Assembly (NCBI GenBank): GCA_015659035.1
Contig: DQNS01000041.1
Span: forward strand, 10 to 64,009
DNA: 64,000 nucleotides
Source: Acidobacteriota bacterium
GTDB lineage: Bacteria > Acidobacteriota > Vicinamibacteria > Vicinamibacterales > UBA8438
Direction: 5' to 3'
The number at the start of each line of letters is the position of its first letter. Within the stretch, counting starts at the first letter, position 1. Positions 18,776-29,399 of the stretch are shown here, piece after piece. Below the pieces are notes generated by a model, which was not told where the DNA came from, made no database searches, and saw only the letters and a program-made list of their open reading frames with translations. Made by a program: the position numbers and the translations under genes.

Positions 18776-18874
18776 AAAACAGTATCCAGAACCGGTCGTG
18801 CCCCACCGAACGCTCTGGGCGCCGGCGGGAACCTGCACGACGCCAGCGCGTCAGCTCTCGGGAGGAACCGTATC

Positions 18875-19888
18875 GTGATCGACGTGCAGCACGTGACCAA
18901 GCGCTATGGGCCGCTGACAGCGGTGGATGACCTCAGCTTCCGTGTCGAGCGAGGAGAGATCCTGGGATTCCTGGGTCCGAACGGCGCGGGCAAGACGACG
19001 ACCATGCGGATTCTGACGGGGTATCTGCCGGCGACCGAGGGCCGGGTACAGGTTGCCGGGTTCGACGTGTTCGAACAGCCGATCGAGGCCAAACGCCGAA
19101 CGGGATACCTCCCGGAGACACCGCCGCTCTATCCTGAGATGACGGTTGACGAGTATCTGCAGTTTGTCGCACGGATCAAGGGCGTGCCGGCGAGTGACCG
19201 TCAGGCCCAGATCGGCTCCGCCATGGAGCGCACCAGCATCGCGGACATGGGCGACCGCTACTGCGGCAGGCTGTCGAAAGGGTACCGACAGCGTGTCGGT
19301 CTGGCCCAGGCGATCCTGCACAACCCCGACGTGCTGATCCTCGACGAACCAACGGCGGGGCTGGACCCGAGACAGATCATCGAAACACGCAAACTGATCA
19401 CCGATCTGGCGGGCGACCACACGGTCATCCTCAGCACGCACATCCTGCCGGAGGTTTCGCAGACCTGCCAGCGCGTCGTCATCATCAACCGGGGCCGGGT
19501 GGTCGCGGTCGACACCCCGGACAACCTGACGGCGCGGCTGCAGGGGTCGCAGACCCTGTATCTGCAGGTCGACACGCAGGGCGCCGACCCGCTCCCGGCG
19601 CTCGAAGGCGTCGCCGGCGTCCTCAGCGTCACCGTCGCCGACAAGCGGGACGGCGTCGGCGGCTATCAGGTCGAAAGTGGCAGCGGTGACGACATCCGGC
19701 GCGAGCTGTCCCGGACCGTGGTCACGAACGGGTGGGGGCTGCTGGAGCTGCGGCCGCAGCAAATGAGCCTCGAGGACATCTTCCTGCAGCTGACGACCGA
19801 GGATGCGCCAGCCGACACCCTGGCGGCAGATGCCGGGACCGGGGACGACGCGGACGAGGCGAACACGGAGGACCGCACCGATGGGTAA
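18875..19888 (+). CDS. ABC transporter ATP-binding protein (ABC-2 / GldA-like)
   Basis: Walker A GPNGAGKTTT, signature LSKGYRQR, Walker B LILDEPT. GTG start 8 nt after GGAGGA. Confidence 0.9.
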   Translation: MIDVQHVTKRYGPLTAVDDLSFRVERGEILGFLGPNGAGKTTTMRILTGYLPATEGRVQVAGFDVFEQPIEAKRRTGYLPETPPLYPEMTVDEYLQFVARIKGVPASDRQAQIGSAMERTSIADMGDRYCGRLSKGYRQRVGLAQAILHNPDVLILDEPTAGLDPRQIIETRKLITDLAGDHTVILSTHILPEVSQTCQRVVIINRGRVVAVDTPDNLTARLQGSQTLYLQVDTQGADPLPALEGVAGVLSVTVADKRDGVGGYQVESGSGDDIRRELSRTVVTNGWGLLELRPQQMSLEDIFLQLTTEDAPADTLAADAGTGDDADEANTEDRTDG

Positions 19889-20648
19889 TATCCTGACCCT
19901 CGCACAGAAGGAACTGCGGGCCTACTTCGTGTCGCCGATCGCCTATGTGCTGCTTGTCTTCTTCGCCCTGTTGTTCGGGTATTTCTACGTATCCAGCATC
20001 AATTTTATGGTCCAGTTGAGCATGGGCCAGTTCGGCATGGGTGGTCCGCAGATCATCAACATCAACGAGTTCATGATCCGCCCGCTGTTCGGGAACACCG
20101 CGGTGATCCTCCTCTTCATGCTTCCGATGCTGACCATGCGGTCCTTCGCCGAAGAGAAGCGGTCCGGCACCATCGAGTTGCTGCTGACGTCGCCGCTCAC
20201 CGACTTCCAGATCATCCTGGGCAAGTTTCTCGGGGCGATGGCGCTCTACACGCTGATGCTGTCGCTCACCTTGGTCCACATCGGGGTGCTGTTCTGGTAC
20301 GGGGAGCCGGAATGGGCGCCGGTGCTCAGCGGCTACCTGGGATTGCTGCTCATGGGCGGGTCGTTCATCTCGATCGGCCTGGCGATCTCCAGCATGACGA
20401 AAAACCAGATCGTCGCCGGGGTCTCCACCTTCGCCGTGCTCCTCCTGTTCTGGATCATCAACTGGATGGGCGACGCCTCCGGCACCATGACGCAGTCGGT
20501 GCTGGCGTATCTGTCGATCCTCGAGCACCTCGACGATTTCTCGAAGGGTGTCATCGACACGACACACGTGACTTACTACGTCAGCTTCATCACGCTCGGG
20601 CTGTTCCTGACGGCGAAGTCGATGGACATGGCCCGCTGGAACGGATAG
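19881..20648 (+). CDS. ABC-2 type transporter permease (GldF-like)
   Basis: Six-TM-like hydrophobic ORF. Its start overlaps the ATPase stop. Confidence 0.8.
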   Translation: MGNILTLAQKELRAYFVSPIAYVLLVFFALLFGYFYVSSINFMVQLSMGQFGMGGPQIININEFMIRPLFGNTAVILLFMLPMLTMRSFAEEKRSGTIELLLTSPLTDFQIILGKFLGAMALYTLMLSLTLVHIGVLFWYGEPEWAPVLSGYLGLLLMGGSFISIGLAISSMTKNQIVAGVSTFAVLLLFWIINWMGDASGTMTQSVLAYLSILEHLDDFSKGVIDTTHVTYYVSFITLGLFLTAKSMDMARWNG

Positions 20649-20692
20649 CGGCTCAAGGACACGCTACGGGCCCGTAAGGCCCCTAATACCCG

Positions 20693-22330
20693 ATGCTGAA
20701 CAGACTTTTCGGCTCGCTCGGCTGGCTTGGTTCGATTCTGGTGTTCACAGCAGTGGGGATCTGGTTCGTCCGCCCGGATCTGGAGCAGTTGCGGCGGGTG
20801 CTGGCGTTCGCGGGTCTGGCGGGTCTCCTGCTCTACCTCGCCGGTCAGTGGCGTCAGGTGGCGCGGTCGTTCGAGCGACGGCAGACACGCTACGGCACCC
20901 TGGCGGGCACCGGCGTCGTGCTCGTGCTCGCGATCATCGTCGCGCTCAACTACGTCCTCGCGCGGCAGAACACGCGTTGGGACCTGACGGCGGCGCAGCA
21001 ATACTCTCTGTCGGACCAGACTCAGCGAGTGCTCGAGGGCCTGGAGTCGCCGATCAGGATCCTGGTGTTCGCCCGCGAACCGGAGTTTCCGCGGTATCGG
21101 GATCGACTGGACGAGTACGCCTATCTGTCGAGCCAGGTAACCGTCGACTACGTCGACGTGGACAGGCAGCCGATGCTGGCGCGTCAGTACGAGGTGCAGT
21201 CCTACGGGACGATCGTGTTCGACTACGAAGGGCGGGTCGAACGGGTCGTGTCGGACGCGGAGCAGGACCTGACCAACGGTCTGATCACGGTGATCGAAGG
21301 CAAGCAACAGACGGTGTACTTCCTCGAGGGACACGGCGAGAAGGAGCACACCGGCGCCGACCGCGACGGCTACTCCACCGTCTCGGGCGCCCTCGGTCTG
21401 GACAACTTCGAGGTCGAGTCCCTCGTGCTCGCGCAGCAGAGCGCCGTGCCGGAAGACGCCACCGTCGTGGTGGTCGCCGGACCGCAGACCGACCTGCTCC
21501 CGGGCGAGGTCGCGGCGCTCCGCGTCTATCTGGACCGTGGCGGCAAGCTGCTCGTGCTGATCGACCCGCCGAGCGACAGCGCAGCGCCGGAGCCGGAAGG
21601 GCTGCTCGGGTTGCTGCGCGAGTGGGGCATCGAGCCCGGCACCGACGTAGTGGTCGACGCGAGCGGGATGGGACAGCTGCTCGGCGCCGACGCCTCGGTC
21701 CCGGTCGTGGCCAACTACCCGTTCCATCCGATCACAGACCGGTTCAACCTGCTGACCGCCTACCCGCTGGCCCGCTCGGTGCTCGGCGCGACCGAGAGCC
21801 CCGCCGGCCGCGTCGCGCAGTCGTTCCTCGAAACAAGCGCGCAGAGCTGGGCGGAAGCGGATATCGACGAGCTGGCGACCGGTCAGGTCGAGCTGAACGA
21901 GGAGGCCGGCGACCGGCCCGGACCGGTGACGATCGGGATGGCGGTCTCGGCGCCGGCGCCGTCCGTCGAGCCGGCCGTGACCGGCACCGACGCGGATGGC
22001 GGTGAACCCGACGCCGAGGACGATGAGACCGACACGGAGGGCGATGGGACCGACGCGACACCGCCCGAGACACGGCTGGTCGTGATCGGCGATTCCGATT
22101 TCGCCACCAACGGCGTCGTCGGCATCCAGGGCAACCGGGACATGTTCCTGAACACGGTCAACTGGCTCGCACAGCAGGAGAACCTCATCTCGATTCGCGC
22201 GCGAGAGCCGGAGGACCGACGGCTCACGCTGACCGCGGACCAGCAGCGGCGGCTGTACTGGCTCTCGCTGCTCCTCGTGCCCGGGTTCGTGCTCGGCACC
22301 GGTGTCTACACCTGGTGGCGGAGACGCTGA
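20693..22330 (+). CDS. GldG-like ABC-transport auxiliary protein
   Basis: N- and C-terminal TM segments flank a large extracytoplasmic domain. Canonical position after the ABC-2 ATPase and permease. Confidence 0.7.
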   Translation: MLNRLFGSLGWLGSILVFTAVGIWFVRPDLEQLRRVLAFAGLAGLLLYLAGQWRQVARSFERRQTRYGTLAGTGVVLVLAIIVALNYVLARQNTRWDLTAAQQYSLSDQTQRVLEGLESPIRILVFAREPEFPRYRDRLDEYAYLSSQVTVDYVDVDRQPMLARQYEVQSYGTIVFDYEGRVERVVSDAEQDLTNGLITVIEGKQQTVYFLEGHGEKEHTGADRDGYSTVSGALGLDNFEVESLVLAQQSAVPEDATVVVVAGPQTDLLPGEVAALRVYLDRGGKLLVLIDPPSDSAAPEPEGLLGLLREWGIEPGTDVVVDASGMGQLLGADASVPVVANYPFHPITDRFNLLTAYPLARSVLGATESPAGRVAQSFLETSAQSWAEADIDELATGQVELNEEAGDRPGPVTIGMAVSAPAPSVEPAVTGTDADGGEPDAEDDETDTEGDGTDATPPETRLVVIGDSDFATNGVVGIQGNRDMFLNTVNWLAQQENLISIRAREPEDRRLTLTADQQRRLYWLSLLLVPGFVLGTGVYTWWRRR

Positions 22331-23670
22331 TGCGCGGGCTGCGATCCACGGCGGTGCTCCTGGTGGTGGCGCTTGGGCTGGGTGCGTACATCTACTTCGT
22401 CGAGTCGGACCGGCCACCGGGAGGGACACCGGAACCACGGGACATGGCGTTCGACTTCGAGTCGGACGACATCACCCGGCTCTCGGTGACGGCAGAGAGC
22501 GGCGACCGCACCGTGCTCGAGAAGACCGACGACCGGTGGCAGCTTGTCGAGCCGTTCGCCGGAGCGGTCGATGTGACCGAGGTGGTCGCGCTGTCCTCGA
22601 GTCTCGCCGCACTCGAGATGCAGCGGGTGGTGGCCGAACCGGAGGACGCCGCGGATCTGACGGCGTTCGGGCTGGGCGAGCCGCGGATCGAGGTCGGAGT
22701 CACAACGACGACCGGCACCGACGCGCGGCTGCTGATCGGCGAGCAGACCCCGACCGGTGGCGATCTGTATGCGACGGTCGCCGGGTCGAACCGCGTATTC
22801 TTGATCTCCGGGTATCTGGACGGCACCTTCAACAAGACGACGTTCGACCTCCGTGACAAGACCATTCTCGATTTCACTCGTGACCAAGTGGACTCGCTCG
22901 AGATCACCGGTGCCGACCTGGCCATCCGTCTCCGCCAGGTGGACAACCGCTGGTCGCTGGTCCACCCGATCGAGGCACACGCCGACCTGGGCGTCACCAA
23001 CGGTCTCGTCGGCCGATTGAGCACGGGGCAGATGGCCGCCATCGAGGCGGAGAGCACCGATGCACTGGAGTCGTTTGGGCTCGACACCCCACGGTTGACG
23101 GTCACCGTCGGTCTGGGCAGCTCGGCGGCGACGTTGCTGATCGGCGACGCGACGCCGGCGGGCACCGTCTATGCCCGCGACACCGCTCGCAACCTGGTGT
23201 TCACGGTCAGCGAATCGCTCCTGACCGAGCTCGAGCAAGAGGTCGACGAGTATCGCCGGAAGAACCTGTTCGCGTTCCGACCGTTCAACGCGACGGCGCT
23301 CGAGATCGACCGCGACGATGAGCGCTGGAAGTTCGAGAAGGTGGAGGCAACCGCCGAGGGTGAGGCGGACCGGTGGCGACGCACCACACCCAACGAGGGC
23401 GATGTCGAGCCGAACGTAATGGACGACCTGCTGGCCAAGCTGTCGAACCTGCGCGCCGAGTCGTTCGTCGCGTCCCGTGACGGAACAGGGCTCGACGCGC
23501 CGGGCTGGACCATGCTAGTCACGTTCGACGAGGACGGCGCGCAGGAACGGGTCGTCGTGGGTCGCGTCGACGACGAGGTGTTCGCCGTGAACGGCGATGA
23601 ACCTGGGGCAGCGCGTCTCAACACCCGAGCCTGGGACGATGCGCTGGAGGCGCTGGACGCGCTTGAGTAA
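22330..23670 (+). CDS. DUF4340-like membrane-anchored protein
   Basis: TGATG overlap with the preceding gene. N-terminal anchor LRSTAVLLVVALGLGAYIYF. This position after a GldG-like gene is typical for the family (from memory). Confidence 0.6.
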   Translation: MRGLRSTAVLLVVALGLGAYIYFVESDRPPGGTPEPRDMAFDFESDDITRLSVTAESGDRTVLEKTDDRWQLVEPFAGAVDVTEVVALSSSLAALEMQRVVAEPEDAADLTAFGLGEPRIEVGVTTTTGTDARLLIGEQTPTGGDLYATVAGSNRVFLISGYLDGTFNKTTFDLRDKTILDFTRDQVDSLEITGADLAIRLRQVDNRWSLVHPIEAHADLGVTNGLVGRLSTGQMAAIEAESTDALESFGLDTPRLTVTVGLGSSAATLLIGDATPAGTVYARDTARNLVFTVSESLLTELEQEVDEYRRKNLFAFRPFNATALEIDRDDERWKFEKVEATAEGEADRWRRTTPNEGDVEPNVMDDLLAKLSNLRAESFVASRDGTGLDAPGWTMLVTFDEDGAQERVVVGRVDDEVFAVNGDEPGAARLNTRAWDDALEALDALE

Positions 23671-23694
23671 TGCCCCACGGCGCGCGCGAAGGGG

Positions 23695-24903
23695 CTATTC
23701 GAGCGCCTGGCCCAAGAGTCGGCGAGCGAGCGCTGTGACCTCGTCGGGGTCGGCGTCGAACCCGCCGCCCTGCGCGACTTCCGGACGACCACCGCCGCGC
23801 CCAGCCCAGCGGCCCAGCAAGCCCCGGATCAGGGCGGCCGCGTCGAGGTCGACATCGTGGGCGCGCGCGACGACGACCGCGACCGGCCGTGCGTCCGACG
23901 TCAGGACAGCGACGTGACCCCCCCGGCGCACCACTTCGACGGCCACCGCCTTGAGCGACCCGGCGTCGTGCCCGGCGAGCCGTGACACCACCACGGTCGC
24001 CCCGCCAACCGGCTGTCCGGCCGCGACCAGCGATGCCGCATCGAGCGACACCAGACGGCCCTCGAGCGCCCGGGTCACCCGCCGCTGGTCACGCTGACCG
24101 GTCTGGACCCGCTTGATTTCCGACACCAGCTCCTCCGGCGTCACCGAGAGCAACCGGACACACCCGGCCACCTGCTCCCGCTGGGCGCGAACGTGTCGGA
24201 GCGCCCGTTCGCCACAGACGAACCCGACACGCGTACCGCCCTTGAAGCGCTCGGCGGACGACACGGCGATGATCCCGATGGCCCCGGTCCGTTCGACGTG
24301 CGTCCCGCCGCAGGCCGACAGGTCGCATCGGTCGATCTCGACAAGCCGGACCCGTCCGGTCCGACTGGACGGCTTTCGCAGCTCGAGCCGGGCTGCCTCC
24401 TCCGCACTGACGAGGCGGACCGTGACCACCCGGTCGTCCCAGACGACCGCGTTCGCCGCCGACTCACTCGCCACCACCTGCTCTGGTGACAGCGGCCGGT
24501 CGAGATCGATGGTCGAGGCTCGCTCTCCGAGATGAAAGCCGACCGTCCGGGCCGCGTATAACTGCGCGAACGCGGCCGAGAGCACATGCTGCCCGGAATG
24601 CTGCTGCATGTGGTCGAACCGGCGGGGCCAGTCGACCTGGCCGTGCACCGTCTCCCCGACCGCCGGGACCGGCGCCGCCTCCACCATGTGCCACACTGTT
24701 CCGTCCTCGCGATCGACGACGTCAACAACCCGGCCGGAGCCCAGGGAGCCGGTGTCGTTCGGCTGCCCACCCGAGGTCGGGTAAAAGGCGGTCCGGTCCA
24801 GCCGGACCGCCACGCATCCATCGGCCGGCTCGGCCGCCACGACGGCCGCCGCAAACTCCCTCAGCGTGGAGTCGGTGTAGTAGAGACGGGTGGTCGCGCT
24901 CAT
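23695..24903 (-). CDS. alaX: alanyl-tRNA editing protein (AlaX-L type)
   Basis: HxxxH ([10 protein letters not shown]) and CGGTHV zinc motifs of the tRNA-SAD editing domain, plus a C-terminal DHHA1-like part. Confidence 0.8.
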   Translation of the reverse strand: MSATTRLYYTDSTLREFAAAVVAAEPADGCVAVRLDRTAFYPTSGGQPNDTGSLGSGRVVDVVDREDGTVWHMVEAAPVPAVGETVHGQVDWPRRFDHMQQHSGQHVLSAAFAQLYAARTVGFHLGERASTIDLDRPLSPEQVVASESAANAVVWDDRVVTVRLVSAEEAARLELRKPSSRTGRVRLVEIDRCDLSACGGTHVERTGAIGIIAVSSAERFKGGTRVGFVCGERALRHVRAQREQVAGCVRLLSVTPEELVSEIKRVQTGQRDQRRVTRALEGRLVSLDAASLVAAGQPVGGATVVVSRLAGHDAGSLKAVAVEVVRRGGHVAVLTSDARPVAVVVARAHDVDLDAAALIRGLLGRWAGRGGGRPEVAQGGGFDADPDEVTALARRLLGQALE

Positions 24904-25637
24904 GGGTTCGTGCTCGTCCCTTCAGGCTTCGGGCTTCGGGCTTCAGGCTCGGCCGTGAGCGCCGGGTCGACGAGACCCGCCTGCGCAAAGCCGCGGGCGC
25001 GCAGCTGACAGCTGTCGCAGCGCCCGCAGGGACGTCCGTCCGGTGTGGGCGCATAGCAGCTGTGGGTCAACCCGTAGTCGAGACCCAGCGCGTGTCCGCG
25101 TGTGATGATTTCCACCTTCGACCAGCGAACCAGCGGCGCGTGCACGCGAAACCGCGCCCCCTCGACCCCGGCCTTCGTCGCCAGGGTGGCCAGCCGCTCG
25201 AACGCAGCGATGTACTCGGGGCGACAGTCGGGATACCCGGAGTAGTCGAGCGCGTTGACCCCGATGAACAGGTCGGTGACGCCGAGCACCTCGGCCCAGC
25301 CGAGCGCCAGCGACAGCAGCACGGTGTTGCGCGCCGGGACGTAGGTCGATGGGATACCGTCACGGTCCGGCGGCCGGTCCATCGGAACCTCGCCGGCCCC
25401 GGTCAACGCCGAGCCGCCGAACGCGGCCAGGTCGACCTCGAGCTCGAGATGGCGCGCGACATCCAGCGCGCGCGCCACCCGACGCGCCGCGTCGAGCTCG
25501 CACGTGTGGAGTTGCCCATAGCGGACCGTCAAGGCGAACAGGACGAACCCCTCGGCCCGCGCGATCGCCGCGGCCGTATACGAGTCGAGCCCGCCGCTCA
25601 GCAGCACGACCGCTCGTCGCGCCGTCCCATCAGCCAT
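24900..25637 (-). CDS. queC: 7-cyano-7-deazaguanine synthase
   Basis: [14 protein letters not shown]-loop and C-terminal CGRCDSC zinc cluster. The last 25 or so codons run through an R1-type repeat. Confidence 0.9.
   Translation of the reverse strand: MADGTARRAVVLLSGGLDSYTAAAIARAEGFVLFALTVRYGQLHTCELDAARRVARALDVARHLELEVDLAAFGGSALTGAGEVPMDRPPDRDGIPSTYVPARNTVLLSLALGWAEVLGVTDLFIGVNALDYSGYPDCRPEYIAAFERLATLATKAGVEGARFRVHAPLVRWSKVEIITRGHALGLDYGLTHSCYAPTPDGRPCGRCDSCQLRARGFAQAGLVDPALTAEPEARSPKPEGTSTNP
24920..24950. repeat. R1-related repeat (CTTCGGG/CTTCAGG variant) inside the queC 3' end
   Basis: CTTCAGGCTTCGGGCTTCGGGCTTCAGGCTC. Confidence 0.5.
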
Positions 25638-25723
25638 GCCACGCTAGTGTCTCGTTGTTAGCGCCTCGCATCGCCGCCGCCTCAATCTGGCGCAGGCCGT
25701 TCCGAAATGTGTCTGAAGTCGAA

Positions 25724-25783
25724 GCTGGCAACGCCCTCCGGCTTCCTCCTGCCTTCTGTCTCCTGACTCCTGACTTCTTGAGC
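25724..25783 (+). repeat. R1 family repeat unit
   Basis: GCTGGCAACGCCCTCCGGCTTCCTCCTGCCTTCTGTCTCCTGACTCCTGACTTCTTGAGC between the queC start and the queE stop. Confidence 0.8.
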
Positions 25784-25790
25784 ATCTCCC

Positions 25791-26432
25791 TCAAACCCCC
25801 CGTGTCTCGGCTCCCCACAGATGCTTGTGCAGCTGGATCTGCAGCCGCACCGGCAGACGGTCGGCGAGCATCCACTCGGCGAGGCGCGCCGGCGGCAACA
25901 GGTCGTGTACGGCCGAGAACAGCACCGTCCCGCACCGCGTCTCGAGCGTGTGCCGCCGCACCACGTCCCGCGCGAACTCGTAGTCGACACGGTCGGCGAT
26001 GACGAACTTGACCTGGTCGCGGTCGGTCAGCCTCGAGAGGTTATCCCAGGCGTTCCGGTCACACTCGCCGCTCCCGGGACACTTGACGTCCACGACCTTG
26101 ACGACCGCGGCCGGCACACGGGCCACGCTCACGTGCCCGCCGGTCTCCAGCAGCACGGTGGCGCCGGTGGCCAGCAGCCGGTCCATCAGGGGATAGACGT
26201 CCTCCTGCAGCAGCGGCTCGCCCCCGGTGATCTCGACCAGGTCGCACCGGTACTGCTCGACAGCGGCGACGACCTCGTCCACGTCGAGCTTGCGCCCCTC
26301 GTGAAACGCATACGGCGTATCGCACCAGACACAGCGCAGATCGCAGCCGGTCAACCGCACAAAGACACACGGCCGGCCGGTGTGGGTGGACTCGCCTTGA
26401 ATCGAATGGAAGATCTCGTTGACAGTCAGCAT
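25791..26432 (-). CDS. queE: 7-carboxy-7-deazaguanine synthase (radical SAM)
   Basis: EIFHSIQGES and CDLRCVWCDT radical-SAM cluster motif. Start taken at ATG 26432 (MLTVNEIF). Confidence 0.9.
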   Translation of the reverse strand: MLTVNEIFHSIQGESTHTGRPCVFVRLTGCDLRCVWCDTPYAFHEGRKLDVDEVVAAVEQYRCDLVEITGGEPLLQEDVYPLMDRLLATGATVLLETGGHVSVARVPAAVVKVVDVKCPGSGECDRNAWDNLSRLTDRDQVKFVIADRVDYEFARDVVRRHTLETRCGTVLFSAVHDLLPPARLAEWMLADRLPVRLQIQLHKHLWGAETRGV

Positions 26433-26534
26433 GGCCGAGGGCGCCCACATCCATTCTACCCGTGGCGCCAGTGCGCTAGCACCAGCCGTGCGTGACGAAG
26501 CAGGATGTGTACTTCAAGGCGGCGCTTCGCTAGA

Positions 26535-27515
26535 ATGGCACCCGTCATGGAAGTCCGGATCGGTACAGCGGGCTGGAGCTATCCATCCGGGGCGGGCACC
26601 TGGGACGGCATCTTCTACCCGGCCCGCGGCCGGGGCATCCGCCCGCGCGGGTTCGACGAGCTCGCCTACTACGCAGAGCGCTTCGACACCGTGGAGGTGA
26701 ACTCTACGTTCTACCGTCCCCCCAGCGCCGCGGTCACGCGACGGTGGGTCGAGCGCACCCCACCCGGATTCGTGTTCTCAGTGAAGCTCTACCAGCAGTT
26801 CACGCATCCCAAGATGTTCCAGGCGGCGACCGGCGCGGGGACGTGGTCGGTCGGTCAGCCCGACGTCGACCGTTGTCTGCTGGGCCTCGACCCGATCGCG
26901 GCCGCCGGAAAGCTCGGCGTGCTGCTGGCCCAGTTTCCGCCGAGCTTCAAGCAGGACGAGACGTCGTTATCGTATCTGGAGTGGCTGCTGACTCGGTTCC
27001 ACGACTGGCCGCTCGCGGTGGAGCTGCGTCATCGCAGCTGGAGTGACCATGTGGCGGACACCCTCACGCGGCTGAATCAGCTGGGTGCGGCCTGGGTCCA
27101 GATCGACGAGCCGAAGTTCCGGTTCTCCATCCAGCAGAACCAGCTACCCAACGTCGAGAGCTTCTACTACATGCGGCTCCACGGCCGTAACGCGGAGAAG
27201 TGGTGGCGGCACGACACGGCGGAGCAACGCTACGACTACCTGTACACGGACGCCGAGCTGGCGCCGTTCGCCCGGACCGCCGACGCCGCGCGACGGCTGG
27301 TCAAGAAGCTGTATCTCTATCTGAACAACCATTTCGCCGCCAAGGCGGTCGCCAACGCGGTCTCGCTGAAGGCAGCGCTGGGAGAGCCGATCACCGGCGA
27401 CTACCCGCAAGCGTTCGTCGAGCGGTATCCTCAGGTTCGAGATCTGGTCCACCCGCACGTGTCCGACCTGCTGCGGGCGACCTCCTTCGCCAAGGCTGCG
27501 GCGGATCCGCCATAG
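26535..27515 (+). CDS. DUF72 family protein
   Basis: VRIGTAGWSYP..YYAERFDTVEVNSTFYR is the typical DUF72 N-terminus. An alternative ATG lies at 26547. Confidence 0.75.
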   Translation: MAPVMEVRIGTAGWSYPSGAGTWDGIFYPARGRGIRPRGFDELAYYAERFDTVEVNSTFYRPPSAAVTRRWVERTPPGFVFSVKLYQQFTHPKMFQAATGAGTWSVGQPDVDRCLLGLDPIAAAGKLGVLLAQFPPSFKQDETSLSYLEWLLTRFHDWPLAVELRHRSWSDHVADTLTRLNQLGAAWVQIDEPKFRFSIQQNQLPNVESFYYMRLHGRNAEKWWRHDTAEQRYDYLYTDAELAPFARTADAARRLVKKLYLYLNNHFAAKAVANAVSLKAALGEPITGDYPQAFVERYPQVRDLVHPHVSDLLRATSFAKAAADPP

Positions 27516-27588
27516 ATCGCCGAGGGAGTTGCACCGGCGAGCGGAGGCGGAACCCTGAAGCCCAGGAGCAGGCTGATGCCTGCCCCCG

Positions 27589-28314
27589 TCACGTCCCCAC
27601 CTTGGCCACACCGATCCGCGGGCACAGCGCCGCAATAGCGCAGCGGCCGCAAGTCGGGTAGACCGGCTTACAGACGTTCTGTCCCCAGGTCACCAGATAC
27701 AGGTTGATCTGGGGCCACCAGCGGCGCGCCGCCACCTGGTAGAGCGCCTGCTCGGTCTCCTCAGGTGTGCGTGTCTCGACCCACCCCAGGCGGTTGGAGA
27801 TCCGATGGACGTGGGTGTCGACACAGATGTTGTCCTCGCTTCCGAGCGCTACAATGAGCACGAGGTTGGCGGTCTTGCGGCCGACACCCGGCAGGGTGAG
27901 CAGCTCCGGCATCGTCGTCGGCACCCGTCCGCCATACCGATCCAGCAGCAGCCGGCATGTCTGCCTGACGTGCTGCGCCTTGTGCCGGTAGAAGCTGACC
28001 GGGTAGATCAGCGTCTCGATGGTGCTCACGCGCAGCCTGACCATCTCGCGCGGCGTGCCGGCGCGAGCAAAGAGCCGGTTGGAAGCCTCGAACGTGACCG
28101 GGTCCCGTGTCTGGGCCGACAACATCGTGGCGACCAGCACCTTGAAGGGATCGGAGTGCTCCTCCTCGGCGATCTTCTCGACCGCCGGCTCGGCCATCGA
28201 GCGCATCGCGGCTTCCAGCCGGTGCATCACCCGGGCCACCTGCCGACGGGCGGTATCAGACGAACCAGGACGTGGCCCACGCACGCGACCGCCGGTTCTC
28301 TTCGCACTGCTCAT
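27589..28314 (-). CDS. nth: endonuclease III
   Basis: HhH-GPD motif LPGVGRKTANLVL and C-terminal Cx6Cx2Cx5C Fe-S cluster loop. Confidence 0.9.
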   Translation of the reverse strand: MSSAKRTGGRVRGPRPGSSDTARRQVARVMHRLEAAMRSMAEPAVEKIAEEEHSDPFKVLVATMLSAQTRDPVTFEASNRLFARAGTPREMVRLRVSTIETLIYPVSFYRHKAQHVRQTCRLLLDRYGGRVPTTMPELLTLPGVGRKTANLVLIVALGSEDNICVDTHVHRISNRLGWVETRTPEETEQALYQVAARRWWPQINLYLVTWGQNVCKPVYPTCGRCAIAALCPRIGVAKVGT

Positions 28315-29369
28315 GACTCGGTATCACCGGATGTACGCCTGATGCTGGCGAAGCCCTCCTGCTTCCTCCTGACTCCCGCCGTCTGACTCCTGCCTCCTGT
28401 AGGGAGTCTCACCGGCGTGATCGCCGGCCGGCCGCAGAGCACCGCCACGACGTTCCGCGCGGCGAGGTCGGCCATCGTGGCCCGGGTCTCGCGCGTCGCG
28501 CTGCCCAGATGCGGCACCAGACAGACGTTTTCACGCGACAGCAGCCCCTCGTGCACGCGCGGCTCCCGTTCGTAGACGTCCAGACCCGCCCCGGCGATCA
28601 GACGTTCCTCCAGCGCCCACACCAGCGCCGCCTCGTCGACCACGGGACCGCGTGACGTGTTGATCAGAAACGCAGAGCGTTTCATGCGCGCCAGCGCCCG
28701 CCGGTCGATCAAGTGGCGTGTCTCCGCCCTCATCGGCACGTGCAGAGACACGACGTCGGAGCTCAGCAGCAGCTGGTCGAGTGGAAGCACAGCGGCGGCC
28801 GTCTCTGGGCCGGACACGTCGCCGCCGGGTCGGGCGGCGAACACGGCGCGCATGCCGAACGCCGGCGCCACCGCCGCAACGGCACGACCGATCCGCCCCG
28901 CGCCGATGATCCCGAGCTGCTTGCCGCGCAGCTCGGTGCCCAGCATGAAATCGAACGTCCACCCCGACCACGCACCGCGGCGGATGACACGCTCCCCTTC
29001 GCCGAGACGACGCGTCACGGCGAGAATCAGGGCCCAGGTCAGCTCGGCGGTCGCGCCGGTCAGCACATTCGGTGTGTTCGTCACGACGATGCCCCGTGTG
29101 GCCGCGGCCGTCACATCGATATTGTCGAAGCCGACCGCGACCGTGGCGATGACCCGGAGCTGGTCACCCGCGGCAATCACCGCGGCGTCGATCCGGTCGG
29201 TGAAGACGCAGATGATCCCCTGCTTCCCCCGTAGCCGGGCGCACAGCGCCTCGTGCGTCAGGTCGTCGGGCTCGGTGTGCAGGTCGATCTCGCCGACCGC
29301 GTCGAGCTGAGCGAGCACGGCGGACGGCATCCGCCGCGTCACGAGGACGGCTGGCTTTGGCGGGACCAT
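28311..29369 (-). CDS. D-isomer-specific 2-hydroxyacid dehydrogenase (glyoxylate/hydroxypyruvate reductase-like)
   Basis: GIIGAGRIGRAVA NAD-binding motif and catalytic-domain similarity. The last 30 or so codons are R1-repeat derived. Confidence 0.85.
   Translation of the reverse strand: MVPPKPAVLVTRRMPSAVLAQLDAVGEIDLHTEPDDLTHEALCARLRGKQGIICVFTDRIDAAVIAAGDQLRVIATVAVGFDNIDVTAAATRGIVVTNTPNVLTGATAELTWALILAVTRRLGEGERVIRRGAWSGWTFDFMLGTELRGKQLGIIGAGRIGRAVAAVAPAFGMRAVFAARPGGDVSGPETAAAVLPLDQLLLSSDVVSLHVPMRAETRHLIDRRALARMKRSAFLINTSRGPVVDEAALVWALEERLIAGAGLDVYEREPRVHEGLLSRENVCLVPHLGSATRETRATMADLAARNVVAVLCGRPAITPVRLPTGGRSQTAGVRRKQEGFASIRRTSGDTES
28344..28398 (+). repeat. R1 family repeat unit (inside the 3' end of the dehydrogenase ORF)
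   Basis: GCTGGCGAAGCCCTCCTGCTTCCTCCTGACTCCCGCCGTCTGACTCCTGCCTCCTG. Confidence 0.75.
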
Positions 29370-29380
29370 CTTCTCTCGTT

Positions 29381-29397
29381 GGTTTGAGGCGCAGCGT
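29381..29397 (-). repeat. R2 family partial copy
   Basis: GGTTTGAGGCGCAGCG is the reverse complement of the R2 5' block CGCTGCGCCTCAAACC. Confidence 0.5.
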
Positions 29398-29399
29398 TA

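Noticed and set aside
20576-22438. 620-aa ORF antisense to the GldG-like gene. Similar long antisense or off-frame ORFs include 39661-41325, 38262-39434, 60803-62368, 24486-25661 and 10671-11897.
   Set aside because: They are typical high-GC shadow ORFs. They are Arg/Pro/Gly/Ala-rich, carry no recognisable motifs, and each lies opposite or out of frame to a gene with clear family signatures.
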